64,000 nucleotides of DNA from the NCBI RefSeq assembly GCF_009914755.1, contig NC_060928.1; one strand, given 5' to 3'. The position numbers were made by a program, and so were the translations under genes. How positions within the stretch are numbered: the stretch's first letter is position 1; every line of letters starts with the position of its first letter. The notes beneath the pieces were generated by a model. It was not told the origin of the DNA and made no database searches. It saw nothing but the letters and a program-made list of their open reading frames with translations. The DNA is from the human T2T-CHM13v2.0 reference genome, Homo sapiens. Shown piece by piece: positions 12,576-25,823 of the stretch.

Positions 12576-12687
12576 GTGTGATGGGGAAGGCAGGACATCT
12601 GGGCCATAACTGAATTATGTCAGCTGTTTGAAAGCATCTTCTTGGCTTCTAAACTATGCTCAAAATAATGCAATGTTATTACATTGC
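12576..12687. repeat. 112-bp direct repeat, copy 2
   Basis: Ungapped match to 10199-10310. Confidence 0.95.
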
Positions 12688-13796
12688 ATTATACTACAAA
12701 ATGCTGGGTAAACAGATTTAAAAGAGGAAAAAAATCCATTAAGTGTCATAATCTTTTTGCCAAACTACCTTGCACTGAGATGACTGAATTGCAAATTGAC
12801 TGCCATCCTGATGACGAAAAATACTTCCAAATGCTGCCGACAAATGTACCCATGCTTGGGATCCTAGATTTCCATCTGAAACCAAGTGTACTGCTTGGGC
12901 AGCAGAATGGACCAAGACAGCTGCAGGAGACAGCCTGATTCCTCTGCTTTTCCAGGTGAAAGCAGCTGAGTGTAACACAGTAGAGAATAATGACCTTGGG
13001 ACAAGAAGAACAAGGTTCAAAACCTAGGTGTTTGGTTTACTAGCACATGATTTCAAACTTGTTAACCTATCTGAGCCTGAATGTTCTCACTTATAAAATG
13101 TGAATATTTCTCATTTATACAGCTGATGTGAGGACAAATGAGAAAAGGGTGTATGCAAGTGGGAGGTAACTTTATGCTTGGCAAAGAGTAGATGTTTCGT
13201 TAAGAAATCAGTCAATATATTTTTTTAAGATGGCTTCACAGGTAGAAGAGTCCAGTAATGTCCAGAGAAGCAGACACTGGTTAGCTTAACAAATGAATCT
13301 GATGAGGCAAAGGTCTGTATCAACATGAGTTCATTAGTCGGAAGGAAGTGAGGGTCTTCTCCCCACCCTGTCTACAGGGAGTATTTTGGAGATTGACTTG
13401 ACACTGCTGTGCACATCAACTGAGTCTACATCAGGAAACAAAGGAAGTGATATTATAGGCTTTTTCTTAACATTTTAAGAAAAAAATATTTGTAAAAAAG
13501 AATTTAGAGTGCTTGATGTCTAAAACTTTGTATGTGAAAAAAAAATGTGAAAGAGCAAATATGCTCTTGTTAAGCATTAAAAATACATATATGGTAAAAA
13601 TAAGGTAGTATCACACGGCATATTACAAAATTTTATGTCATGAAGCACATCAAATGACTCCGGGTCTCTGAAGGTGCTAAAAATGAGACGTATATTTTCA
13701 CATTTCTTTTTTGCCTTAAAAATTTGCAGAAAGAAATGGATTCAGAGTTTAATAAAACAGTATAATCAAGCACAGAAAAAATATCTCCCATTAAAC

Positions 13797-14052
13797 CAGT
13801 AGTTCTTAACCTTGGTTGCATTAGGGCAATTGGCCTGTCATGTGCCCGGGATATTATTTTTTAAAGGAGGTCCCTGGGACAGCTGGTCACCCCACTGCAC
13901 ACCAGAATTACTTGGAAGCTTCAAAAATAATGATGTCCCCCACCACCCGCAAGACTCCACTGTAACTGGGGAAGAGGTGGGGATACTGGGATTTTTAAAA
14001 GCTCCCCAGGTGATTCTCATATGCAGCTATGCAGCCAAGGCTGCAAACCACC
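13797..14052. mobile_element. MER5A-like DNA transposon
   Basis: CAGTAGTTCTTAACCTTGG...AAGCTCCCCAGGTGATTCT...GCAAACCAC. Confidence 0.6.
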
Positions 14053-14776
14053 TGATACTACAGGTGCAGGTGCACTTGGGAATGGCAATAGTAATATCGA
14101 CATCCTTGTACAAGATTTTATATTCTTGTGGGTGCCTGGAGGTGGGGTGAGGCCACCACCCCTGGGCTGTCATGGGGCAAACAGACAAGCAGACTCAGGG
14201 TTCCACCCTTGCCTAGCCCTGTGACCTTGGAAACACCAATGATGCTCTCTGTAAGATGTATAATGAGGTATCTACTTTGTAGATTCTTAGAAATTTGAAT
14301 GTTCCTGGCACAGTGCCTGGCATAGTGTGAGTACAATGAGCACTGCCCAGGACTGTTTTATCCCCACACCTGCTGTGGGCTGCTGTTTTTAAGGAGTCTA
14401 ACAGAAGATGGAGATAAGTAAATGGGTATGATAAGTAGAGTAGTGAATGTTCTATCAATGATCTGATCAGAGTGCTCTCCCAGAGGCTGGCTGCTTGTCA
14501 ATCACGGAGCACCTTGGCCCAAGTCAGATGGAAAGAGTGCCTGCATGAGCAGGTTCCTATGTTACCTCGAAACTTCTCAAAGCCAGCCTTCAGTTATCTG
14601 CTTCTTCCCTGATTAACAGGTCTGGAGAAGCTATATGGCTTTTTGAAGATCACAGAGTTGGTGAACAGCAGCAACTGGGTCCAATCTTACATTCTTTGTT
14701 TTCTGCTACCCTGCTGTGTGAAGCTGTGAAATGAAGCCATAGTCAGTATCTGCTGCCACTTGAGCACTGTTCTTAC

Positions 14777-14960
14777 TTCCTGCCTGTAGCCTTGGAGTTG
14801 CAGATGTAAGTCAAAACCGTGGCAAGTCCCATGGGCTCTTCCTTCTCTTTCAGGCCTTCTCTTCTCAGGCGTGGACTGCCATGAGTTTCACAACCTCAGG
14901 CCCTGGTGTAGGCTTCTACATCAGAACCCTGGGCGTCAGCAAGGCGCTGCACAAAGAGGC
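14777..14960 (-). other. ZNF518B: ZNF518B non-coding internal 5'UTR exon (184 nt)
   Basis: Minus-strand acceptor TTTGGCTTCTGTTGCAG (CAG at 14963-14961) and donor GAA|GTAAGA (GT at 14776-14775). Confidence 0.7.
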
Positions 14961-15048
14961 CTGCAACAGAAGCCAAACACTTGGGTTTAAGTCCTGGACC
15001 GGCACAGCCTTGGTTTCTCAGAGTGTTGAAGATAAGGGGAATGAGCCC

Positions 15049-15205
15049 CAGAAGTGGTTCTCAAGCAGGGGTGTATGGCAAAGTCACCCACGGAACTTAA
15101 AAAGGATTCCCAGGACTCACATGCAACCTAGCAGATCAGGTTACCATTTCCTAGGGTGGGGCTCAGGCATATGGTTTAAAATTCTCCCTAGTTGATTTTG
15201 ATGCC
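15049..15205. mobile_element. MER5A-like fragment
   Basis: AGTGGTTCTCAA...GGGTGGGGCTCAGGCAT...TCTCCCTAGTTGATTTTGATG. Confidence 0.5.
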
Positions 15206-16479
15206 TCCCCACCCTCACCCTATGATGACAATGTTTAGACTGGCTGATCTGTAGCTGCTTTCACTCCAAGGATGAATCCTGGAAATTGCAGTTAGCTGAG
15301 TTTGCATAACAAAGAAAATGCAGTAGACAGCAGGCAGTTTGAGAACAATCATGATTGGGGAAACCCTCCCTGGTAAGGATCTTGTTTATCATGATCAATA
15401 GCGAAGGGTTTGGCCAAGGAAGGCACTCAATAAGGTTCGTACTGGTTGAAAGAATGAGTGAATGAATGAATGAAAGAGCAGGCTTCACAGAGACAAAAAT
15501 AAAATGTTCTTTGTTCTTCCTTTTGCACAAAAACTGGCCCCGATGCCCTTACTTAAAGGCAAATAAATCTCTAGAGATCTAAATGGATTTTTTTAATTGC
15601 CATTTTGCATTTTTAAGATCTTCAGATCGGGTATAATACATCAGAAAGGAGTCCCAATAAATAAAGGAATGCCATCCTTTGTCTGCTCTTTTCAAATTGC
15701 ATTTGCAATGAATGTTATCAGCATAGCAAACTGTCTACGCAAAAAAGTGTTATTTTTGAAGGCTAAATTTGATCCAAGATGAAAGTAACTTTTAAAAATT
15801 GCATCCTAGTTAAAGATATCAATATCACACAATTTTAAAAAAGAACTATTTGTATTCTACTCAAAGAGACAACAGTATATAACATTGGTTTCTAAAACAA
15901 TATTTTCTGAACCCTTGGCTGTGTACTGACATCATATGCTGGGCTGAACTTTGCATATGTGACTCAAGAGAGAGAAAAGAGATGTATTCCCATCCTCAGT
16001 CTCTGCTCTACTGTAGAAGAGTACTGCAAGCTTCTAGAGACCCAGGTTTGTCTTAATTCTTGGTGATTTCAAGTCTAAACTTAAGATGGTTTAAAGAGTC
16101 TAACACAACATTAGAGTTTAGCTACGTAGATTTGTACTTTTAAATAGGACATAATGCTCTGTAGTTTTTTTTTTTAATGTTACGTTGATAAATCGTTCAT
16201 TATTACAATTTTTAAAGTCAGAGGTATTGTAACGGGATACATTAACTACCCAACTTATAAAGACTTAAGTGTTTTCTCCCGTTCGCTCTTTTGGCTTTTC
16301 CTTTCTGGTTAAGAAACTTTCATTCTTTTGAACCCTGCAATTTCTTGGCTTTACAGAGCCCCAAACCCCAAAGACACCAAGATAAGACGGGCAGGCCGGT
16401 ATGGGGAGGTCCCACAATGACATCAGCATTTGGAACAATTCAAACCTTCACCATCTCTTCTCAACCTCCTATGTCCTCG

Positions 16480-17720
16480 CCCCCCGTAAAAGATGCGCAG
16501 GACCTCGATGGACGAGCCCACCCCTGACCCTCTCAAGGAAAGACAATGCCAGGCTGGTTTTCGAGTTTATTGTCGGCACGCTCCCCCGATGGCAGGCAGC
16601 ATCCGAGGCGAGCGCGCCTGAGCCTGGGCGCTCGGAGGACGAGGCCAGGTGCATCGGGCGCATCGTCGTCTCCCAGGCGCGTCCCGCTCGCCGCGAGGGA
16701 AGGCCGGGGTTCTTCCAACCGAAGAAAACCAAAACCGTCAACGCTCAGCTCCGAGGCCCGCAGGAGGCTTTAAAAATGGCCTCCTGACGACACTTCCTGC
16801 TCGGCGCGGACGGTAGGAGCCCTCGGAGGAGGCATCCTTCATAACGCTGGGGGCGGGGAGCGCAGGCCGGGCCAGCGGCGCCACACGAACGGCCCCGCGG
16901 GACGCTGCCACCCCCGCCTCGGTCGCCCCGGCGCGTCGGCCGAGTCCGCGGGGTCGCGGCGCACAAAGGCGAGCTGGGGGCGCCGGGCCGGACCCCGACC
17001 CTAGGCCAGGCCCGCGTACCTGCTCAACGCGCGCCAAGCCGCGGCCCGGGCCCCCACCCCAGCCGGTGCCCCACGCCCACCAGCCGGAGCCCGCGTTCGG
17101 CCTACCCGGTGCCACTTGCCACGACGCCAGCCCTCAGCGCGGGCACGCGGGGCCGCGGCCGCTCGACCCGCCCCGGCCTGGCCCCGTCAGGCCCCCGCCC
17201 CGCGCGCCCCCACGACCCGGCCGCAGCTGGCGCTTCGGTCACGTACACGCGGATCCGGGGGCCCTCGCCCTCCCGCTCAGCTACTTACCCGGCAGGCCGG
17301 ATTCGGGTGCCAGGTCCCGGCGAAGGGGCGTCTACACCGCCGGCCGCAGACCGCCGGCGCCGCGCCCGCTGTAGGTCCCTACCCGGGGGGCGGAGCCCGC
17401 GCCAGCCCCGCGCGTGCGCAATGTGAAGCGGCGGCGCGGCTCCAGCGAGGCCGGCGCCTGAGGTCTCTAAGGCTGCGCCCGCCCCCGCCGGGCTTCTAAG
17501 CTGTCCAGAGCGGGGAGCCTCAGACCCAGCCGAGCCCCACTTCTGGGCTTAGAGCTTGACCCAACACGTTCGCACCGTAGCGAGCGAGGTCCACATTTAG
17601 CCATGCCGCAGGCAAAAGAAGGATTCGGCTTCGGTCCTGGCCCAGTCTGCCATCCCGGGGCGCCTGCCTTGTACCGGGTCCCGCGGAGGGCGGCCTTGGC
17701 GCCTGCCTCCCTGGAGCCTG
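16480..17720. promoter_or_regulatory. CpG-island promoter of ZNF518B
   Basis: Very high GC and CpG density relative to flanks; GC boxes near 17191-17201 and 17476-17489; ETS core ACTTCCTG near 16792; contains the first-exon donor. Confidence 0.9.
17289..17420 (-). other. ZNF518B: ZNF518B first exon (5' end approximate)
   Basis: Consensus donor CGG|GTAAGT (GT at 17288-17287) inside the CpG island; the TSS cannot be fixed from sequence alone. Confidence 0.65.
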
Positions 17721-19430
17721 CAGTCCTGCAGTGGGTGAGTGAAAGCGAGAGAAGAGGAGCTCAGGTCCTCAGCCTCCAAACTCGTCTTCTTGGAGAGCTT
17801 CAGTGAAGGAGATGGCCTTGAAGTCCTGGGTACAAATCCTGACTCTCCCTACTCCTTTACATCTTAGCTGCTGGACCTTGGCGAGAAAGTCCCCTGACCT
17901 CTCTCAGTGTCTTCATTTCTGAAGACGGGGAAGGTCGTATGTGAGGCGCAAAGCCTCCTCTAGCAGTTGGGCGTTGCGAGGGTCAGAGGGGACAATGACT
18001 GTGGGAGTCTGGAGAGGGTGTGAGCTCATTTAATGCCAGAGTTTCTTTCCTGCCTCCTGGACTTCGGTGCTATTTTGGGCGAGCCAACTGCCCTCTAGAT
18101 ACACCTGCATCTACGGTCCGGAAGGAAGACATATTTAGAATAGAGCCTCTAAGAGGAAAGAAGAAGACCATATTGCCAGGTCCCGCACAATCAGTGACTC
18201 CCCACAAAGTGAAACAGCTCTCCAGCAGGGGCAGGTTGAGGCATGGGAGCAGCGTCACTGGGAAGTACAGTTTCTTCGGGATGAACAGCTAAAGTTTATT
18301 TCAAAGCTCTGGAGGCGGGGGCGGGGCAAGGCTGGTTTCCATCACCTTCCTGTTGGCGGCCAAAGGTCGGCGTGCACGGACAGCGGCCAGTATGCTGCAC
18401 GGAGGAGATGTGGGCCTGGGCAGTACTGCCACACGGAGAAGCGGAGTTGAAGAAGACAGGCTCAGCCACAAGTCCAGCAGCTGGGCAAAACCTCCACCAC
18501 TAAAGTATCAGGAGCTGGGCAGAGAAAATAGCAGCCCAGAGAGCAAATCCTTCTTCCTGCCCTAGGCTGCAGTGCTCCTAACCTCGGTCCTGATCAGGGA
18601 GCTGCTAGGGTCCTGGTTTTCTATCTCCTAGGGCTCAGAAAAGCTAAGGAACCTCTTCTCAGAAAAACACATTTATGTGCAGATAGCACCTATCAGAGAG
18701 AATATGCCAGAGAGTTCAAAGTCTCCCTCAAGAGTAGGGTCAAGTTGGGAAAGGCATTGAGAATCCAAACTAGGAGCCACTGCCTGAAAATCTCTAGTGG
18801 CAAACAGAGCCACATCAGGAAAAACTATTAATTCTAAGTATTGGAGAATCTGAGGTCTAGACATTAGAAAATTGTCCTAAACTTTATAAGGAGAGGCAAC
18901 TCTCCTTATAACTTCTACTCATGCATCACAGTTCTGCCCTCTTAAGTCACACAGAATTGATGTAAGGTACCTGTGGGTCTCCTGGGAGTTTTTCTGAAGT
19001 GAGAACTGGTTATAAATCCCAGTTCGGCCACATAGAAGTTGTGAGCCTGTCTGAACCTCAGTTTCTCATGTAAAATTCAGTGAAAAATAGGTCCTTCCTC
19101 CCAAGGGGGTTGTCAACATTAAACAAGAGAAAGCAAGTCAGGACTTATCACAGTCCCTGGCAGATAGAAGTGACTGTTAACTTACTCTTCAGTAGCCCAA
19201 ATTCAGGGAGATGAAATGCTTTGTGGAGTGTCTGGAAATGGAGTGTTTACAGCCTGAAAAAGGGTCAAGGAAAAATAGAAACTACTTCAGCAGAAACCTT
19301 TAAGGCTGATGTCCCTAAAAGTCTTTTGATGCTTGCAAATGTGAATCATCACACGTTCCCTACACGTCTGCCCTTCATGTCTTCTTCTCCACCCCCCAGC
19401 TTAGTTTGCCTAAATTCCGTGGATCACTTC

Positions 19431-19875
19431 TGTCACGAGTTGAATTATGTTTCCCAGAAAAATACGTTGAAGCGCTAATATCCCCCACCCCCAACTTATG
19501 GATATGACCTTATTTGGAAACACGGTCTTTACAGATGTAAGACAAGGTCATTAGGGTGGGCCCTTATCCAATGTGAATGGTGTCCTTACAAGGGACACCA
19601 TTCTGTGTCTCTGTGAAGAGACGCAGAGAAGAAAATGCCATGAGAAGACATGGAGACACACAGGGAGAAGAAGCCATGGACAGAGGCCGAGATTGGAGTA
19701 CACAGCCACAAACCAACGGCTGTTGGAAGATGGAAAAGGCAGGGAGGATCCTCCCCTAGAGGGTTCAGAGGGAGCATGGCCCTGTGGACCCCTTGATTTC
19801 AGACTTCTGAGCCGACAGAACTGTGAGACAATACATGTTTGTTTGGTACAGCCACCCTAAGAAATCAATGCACCC
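19431..19875 (+). mobile_element. MLT1 (MaLR) LTR
   Basis: TGTCACGAGTTGAATTATG...GACCTTATTTGGAAA...GATTTCAGACTTCTG...AGAACTGTGAGACAATACAT. Confidence 0.8.
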
Positions 19876-19993
19876 TCCTAGTTATGACTACCTAATGTAG
19901 GAGAGAAGAAGGAAGACATGAACCAGTCCTTGAGTATAAGATTTGGGAGCCAACGTTCATTCATTCACTCATGCATTCAACAAAACATGTATT

Positions 19994-20393
<400 letters not shown>

Positions 20394-21179
20394 TCAGGGA
20401 ACATTCATTTCTGGACCACGAGCCTTACAAATGCAATGACGGGGACTTGGGAGATGAGCTGTAAGCCACAAGTAGGAAGCTGCCACAAGAAGATGGAGAA
20501 CAGGGGAGAGGAGAGCATGTACAAAGGCCCTGAGGTGGGCGCTTTTGAGGAAGAAAAGGAAAGGCAGTGTGGATTTAGATCATTCTAGGCGTCTACAGAC
20601 TCTGATCTTAGAGAGCCCTTCATCAAATTCTGCCAGTGGGGAGCTTGGGGCTCAGAGGAAGGCCTCCACGAGCTTTCCATGATCATCCTTTCTCTTGCTC
20701 TGAACTTCCTTCCATGCTTCATTACCCACTTTTATATTCTCTCTGGCCTCTACCGCTCCCGAATATTATATGACTTGACAAAAACAGCACTGTCCATTGG
20801 AAAAGGGCCAGGTCTTTAACACCCAGGTCAGAGCACAGACATGTCAATCTCAGACACTTCAAAACTTTATGCATGGACAGGAGATCCCAGAAAGTGGCTT
20901 TTTTTTCTTCTAAAACATTTCAGAAGTTTCTAGTAACTTCCTTGAGCCACAGTTTGCACATCTGTAAAGGAGGGATAAAGGCCCCCCAAGCTCTGATAAG
21001 ACAACCCCGGTTCTCAAGCTTACCTCGCCTCACAGTCCTGGGGTGCAGGAGGTTAAGGATGTAGAGCCCGAATCCCGAACTCATTTGCCATCCTTCCAGC
21101 TGTGTGGCCTTGGCCAAGTTACTGCCAGTCTCTGAGACGTTTTCTCAACTGCAAAACAGGAGTAACTGGAGCAACCTTT

Positions 21180-21860
21180 CGTGGAGGGTGCCAGGCGCTG
21201 GAGCGTGGCTAAGGCAGGGACCACGTCCCAGCCGCCCTTTCCCGCCCTGCGGCGCAGGCCCACTCTCTTGGCTCTCCTGGCCCGCACACTCAGCTCGGCC
21301 GCCGCGGCTGCCGCGGAAGCGCGCAGTGAGGCTAGTGGGGCCACGAGCGGCGCGCTGAGCATGCGCGCCCGATAGAGCCTCGAGATGCGCCGGGCCGCGC
21401 TGCGCTGCAGTACCGCCCGCGGCCTGCAGTGTCGCTGCGAGCCCGGCTGGCCCAGCTCGGCGTGTAGAGCTCTACCCCGCGCGGCGGGCGGTGCAGCCCC
21501 GCGCTCACCTGGGCGTCTTCGCTCCCGCTCGCCCCGCGCTTCCGAAAATCGGGAATGTAATGTTTTGTTTTTACATTCCAATTTGCTCCCTCCCCAGGCT
21601 GGCGTGGAATCCGAGGGTTCCTGATGACTGCAGCTCCTCGCCCCTCCCGCTGTGTTCCCGCCGCCTCTGGGCTGAAAGCGCCATCAGGACCCGTGGCGCG
21701 TGGGCTTTGTTAAGTCATTAACTGCTTGGGACATAGCAGGAGCATGGTGCGCGGCACAGAACAGGCTTGGCTTCCACGGCCCATCCAGGCGGAGCCGTCA
21801 GCGTCCCTTGCCTAGACCAGAGCTCTGGAAAGCGGAGAGGCGGACAGGGGCCGTTCCCCA
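21180..21860. promoter_or_regulatory. Second CpG island about 4 kb upstream of ZNF518B
   Basis: CpG-dense non-repeat sequence; NRF1-like GAGCATGCGC at about 21357-21366. Confidence 0.75.
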
Positions 21861-23575
21861 GATCTGTTCCGGAGGATGCAGATCAGAACCAGAGAGGGTG
21901 CATTTAGAAACTCATTGCAACCTGACAAAGTTGCAGCGTTGTAGCGCGGGGTCAGCAACAGGAATTCGGGTTGGGTGGAGTCGGACTCAGGGAGTGGTCG
22001 CTTGTGCGCAGAACTGCGTAGACTCGAGTAGGTTCGAAAAGGATAGGCCTTGGGGCAAGACCTAGTCCTTCACCACAGGTAAATCTAGGCGTCCGCGAGG
22101 GTCTCCTGGCTCATTTTCCTGCATCCACTGGCCTCCCACCACACTGCGACATCCAGAGTGGTCGTTACACAAAGCAAACTGAATTAAGTCATTCCCCTGC
22201 TCCAGAGTCCTTGCAGCCTCCGGCCCTACAGGATGCGCCCCTGCCTGCCTGCCAGGTCGTCTTATACCCTCTCCGCATGGTCTTGCAAAACTGACTCCGC
22301 TATGCACCGCTGATGCACCAGGCTTCTCCCGGGAAAGACCTTTGCACGAATTATGCCTGCCTGGGGTATCTCTTTCCCCTCTCAACTCAAAAATCACCTT
22401 CTCAGAGGCCTTTCTAACCATTTCAGTACTCCTCATTCTGTCACATCCCTGTGTTTTATGTTCTTCATAATGAACTGAAACTGTTTGTTGTATGTTTTGT
22501 TGGGTCTTTTCATTTTCCCCTACTTGGAAGTAAGCTACTATCTTGTTCACCCTTAGATTCCCAGCGCCTAAGGCGGAGGCCTGACACTTATAAGCACCCA
22601 TTATAGTTGAGTTCCCATTTATTAATTCAAGCAAAAACTGTGGTTTGGGTCACCAAAGCATGAAACCCCACTTGGAATCTTGGGGTTTGGATATTAGCAC
22701 TTAACTATTCATCCACTCCTTCATCTCTAAGTTTTCTTCTCAGAGAAAATCATGGAAATAATGATAGTATCTGCCTCATGAGGTTTCCATGAGGATGAGA
22801 TGAGTTACTTTTTGTAGAAGACTCTCATGTTGAGAGACATTTATGATTGCATCAGTTAGGATGGGCTGGGTTACACTACAGTAATAAAAAATCTCCCAAA
22901 TCTCAGTAGCTTAGAAAGACAAAGGTTTCTTTTCACTTACACTAGATCTCCATCAGGGATTGGTTGAGTACTCCTTGCTATCTTTAGCCCAGAAACCAGA
23001 CTTACCAAGCAGACACCAACTGATGTGTGGTCAGTTGTCAAGGCAGAGGGAAGAAGAGCTTCGCTTAACAGAGCACTGATTCTTAAGACTTCCGACCAGA
23101 CGTGCAAATGACTTCCACTCTCGTTTAACTAGCCAAAGCAAGTCACATGCCCCCTCATAATTGCAAAGAACAGAGGAGTGCCATCCTACCATGTGCCTTG
23201 GAGAACTGGACATATTTTCTAGATGGTAACAGCTATTGTTACTATTCATTCTAGAAGTCTTCCAGTATACTGTGATGTCCACAAACATCATGAACAACAG
23301 AACTCAGGGAAGGCTGAGCTTATGTGGATATTCAGCATGGATTTTTTTTTTTCCTGTTCTTGGACAGAGCCCAACATTCTTGCTTTATGTTGAAGGAGTG
23401 TGTTAGTGACAGGTCTCTTGGGGTTCACTTGTTCTCTCTTCACAAAATCTGGATGGCACTAGGTAGTACTAGATAGATGGTAAGGCCCATTGGAAGAAAA
23501 GTAGTCTATGTTGCTCTCCTTTTGTATACTGAGATTCTACTTCAATGACTGGCACAATATTTACTGAATCAATGA

Positions 23576-23911
<336 letters not shown>

Positions 23912-24206
23912 TTACTAGTAAGGGGATGACAGCCCTGAAAATTTATCTTTCCAGTTTATCCAGGAACCCTGTAAAGAAAAATGTAAATGATTCATTTATT
24001 TAGCAAATAAGCAGGTTGAGAACATTGTTACATCAACATCTGCCACTGGAATTTCTCTTTGGGAGAAACCATTTTTATTAAGAAAAATGAAATTCCAGAG
24101 CTTGCCTTGGAGACCTCACTTCCCAGACCTAAAGCAGAGTTTACTCCTTATTCAGAACAGCATAAGGAGAACAGCATTAGGAGAACAGCATAGCTCCCAG
24201 GAATTT

Positions 24207-25340
24207 TTCTTTTCTTTTCTTCAACTTTCACTTTAAGTTCTGGGGTACATGTGCAGGATGTGCAGGTTTGTTACACAGGTAAACGTGTACCATGGTGGTT
24301 TGCTGCACAGATCATCCCATCACCTAGGTGTTAAGCCCAGCATCCATTAACTATTCTTGCTGCTCTCCCTACCCCCATTGACAGACCCCAGTGTTTATTG
24401 TTCCCCACCATGTGTCCATGTGTTCCCATTATTCAGCTCCCACTTACAAGTGAGAATATGCGGTGTTTCGTTTTCGTTCCTGTGTTAGTTTGCTGAGGAT
24501 AATGGCTTCCAACTCCATTCAAGTCCGTACAAAGGACATGATCTCATTTCTTTTTATGGCTGCATAGTATTCCATGTGTACATGTACCGCATTTTTTTTA
24601 TGCAGCCTATCATTGATGGGCATTTGGGTTGATTCCATGTCTTTGCTATTGTGAAGAGTGCTGCAGTGAACATATGCCTGCATGTATCTTTATAACAGGA
24701 TAATTTATATTCCTTTGGGTACATACCCAGTAATGGGATTGCTGGGTCAAATGACATTTCTGCCTCTAGGTCTTTGAGGAATCGCCACATTGTCTTCCAC
24801 AATGGTTGAATTAATTTACACGCCCACCAACAGTGTAAAAGTGTTCCTATTTCTCCGCGATCTCACCAGCATCTGTTCTTTTTTGACTTTTTAATAATAG
24901 CCATTCTGACTGCCGTGAAATGGTTTCTCCTTGTGGTTTTGATTTGCATTTCTGTAATAATTAATGATGTTGAGCTTTTTTTCAGGTTTGTTGGCTAAGT
25001 GTATGTCTTCTTTTGAGAAGTGTCTTTTCTCGTCCTTTGCCCACTTTTTAATAAGGTTGTTTTCTTCTTGTAAATTTGTTTAAGTTCCTTGTAGATTCTG
25101 GATGATAGACCTTTGTCAGATGGATAGATCAGAAAAATTTTTTCCCCTTCTGTAGGTTGTCTGTTCACACTGATGATAATTTCTTTTGCTGTGCAGAAGC
25201 TCATTAGTTTAATTAGATCCCATTTGTCAATTTTTGCTTTCATTGCAATTGCTTTTGGCATTTTCGTCATGACATCTTTGCCTGTGCCTCTGTCCTGAAT
25301 GGTATTGCCTAGATTTTCTTCTAGAGTTTTTATAGTTTTG
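24207..25340 (-). mobile_element. 5'-truncated L1PA (ORF2 C-terminus plus 3'UTR)
   Basis: ORFs [18 protein letters not shown] and WKTMWRFLKDLE..FDPAIPLLG are L1 ORF2 remnants; TSD GCTCCCWGGAATTT at 24193-24206 and 25341-25354. Confidence 0.95.
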
Positions 25341-25823
25341 GCTCCCTGGAATTTGAGGTTAGGAAAACTTGAGAGAAAAGTTCAGAGTAGAGAAAGCACC
25401 CTAAGGTGAAAGGTGTTCTAGATAAATTTCCAGAAGTTAGGTGGTCACAGACTTTTAAGAATGAGCAATATAATAAATTGTTTTTTCACTGTTTCTGTGA
25501 CTCTTTAGGAAAAGTCTGATACATACAATGTAGTGATCGTAGTTATGTTGGAAGCTGCCAGGTTTTACCCAATATGCTTTCTCTTTTTTCTTAATGGAAC
25601 CCCACTTTTAGCTAGGTATATGGACGCCATGGGCCTTTAAGCCCCTTTTAGAAATACTCTGTGAAACGTTGCTAGACAACCCACCAAAACATATAATTAG
25701 TTTAAGGTTGCAGTAGTAGCCCAGTCTGGTAGTTGTTACCCTAAATCTGTCTCTCCTCTTTTTTCCTTAATTATGACCTTCCTACAATTTCTTACTGGGC
25801 ACATAGCTGCTCAGAAAGAAAGA

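Noticed and set aside
16291-17806. Many overlapping Pro/Arg/Gly-rich ORFs (also at 21081-22065)
   Set aside because: Expected from stop-codon scarcity in CpG islands; no domain signal.
24554-25270. ORFs resembling a reverse-transcriptase protein C-terminus
   Set aside because: Broken ORF2 remnants of a 5'-truncated L1; not mobile.
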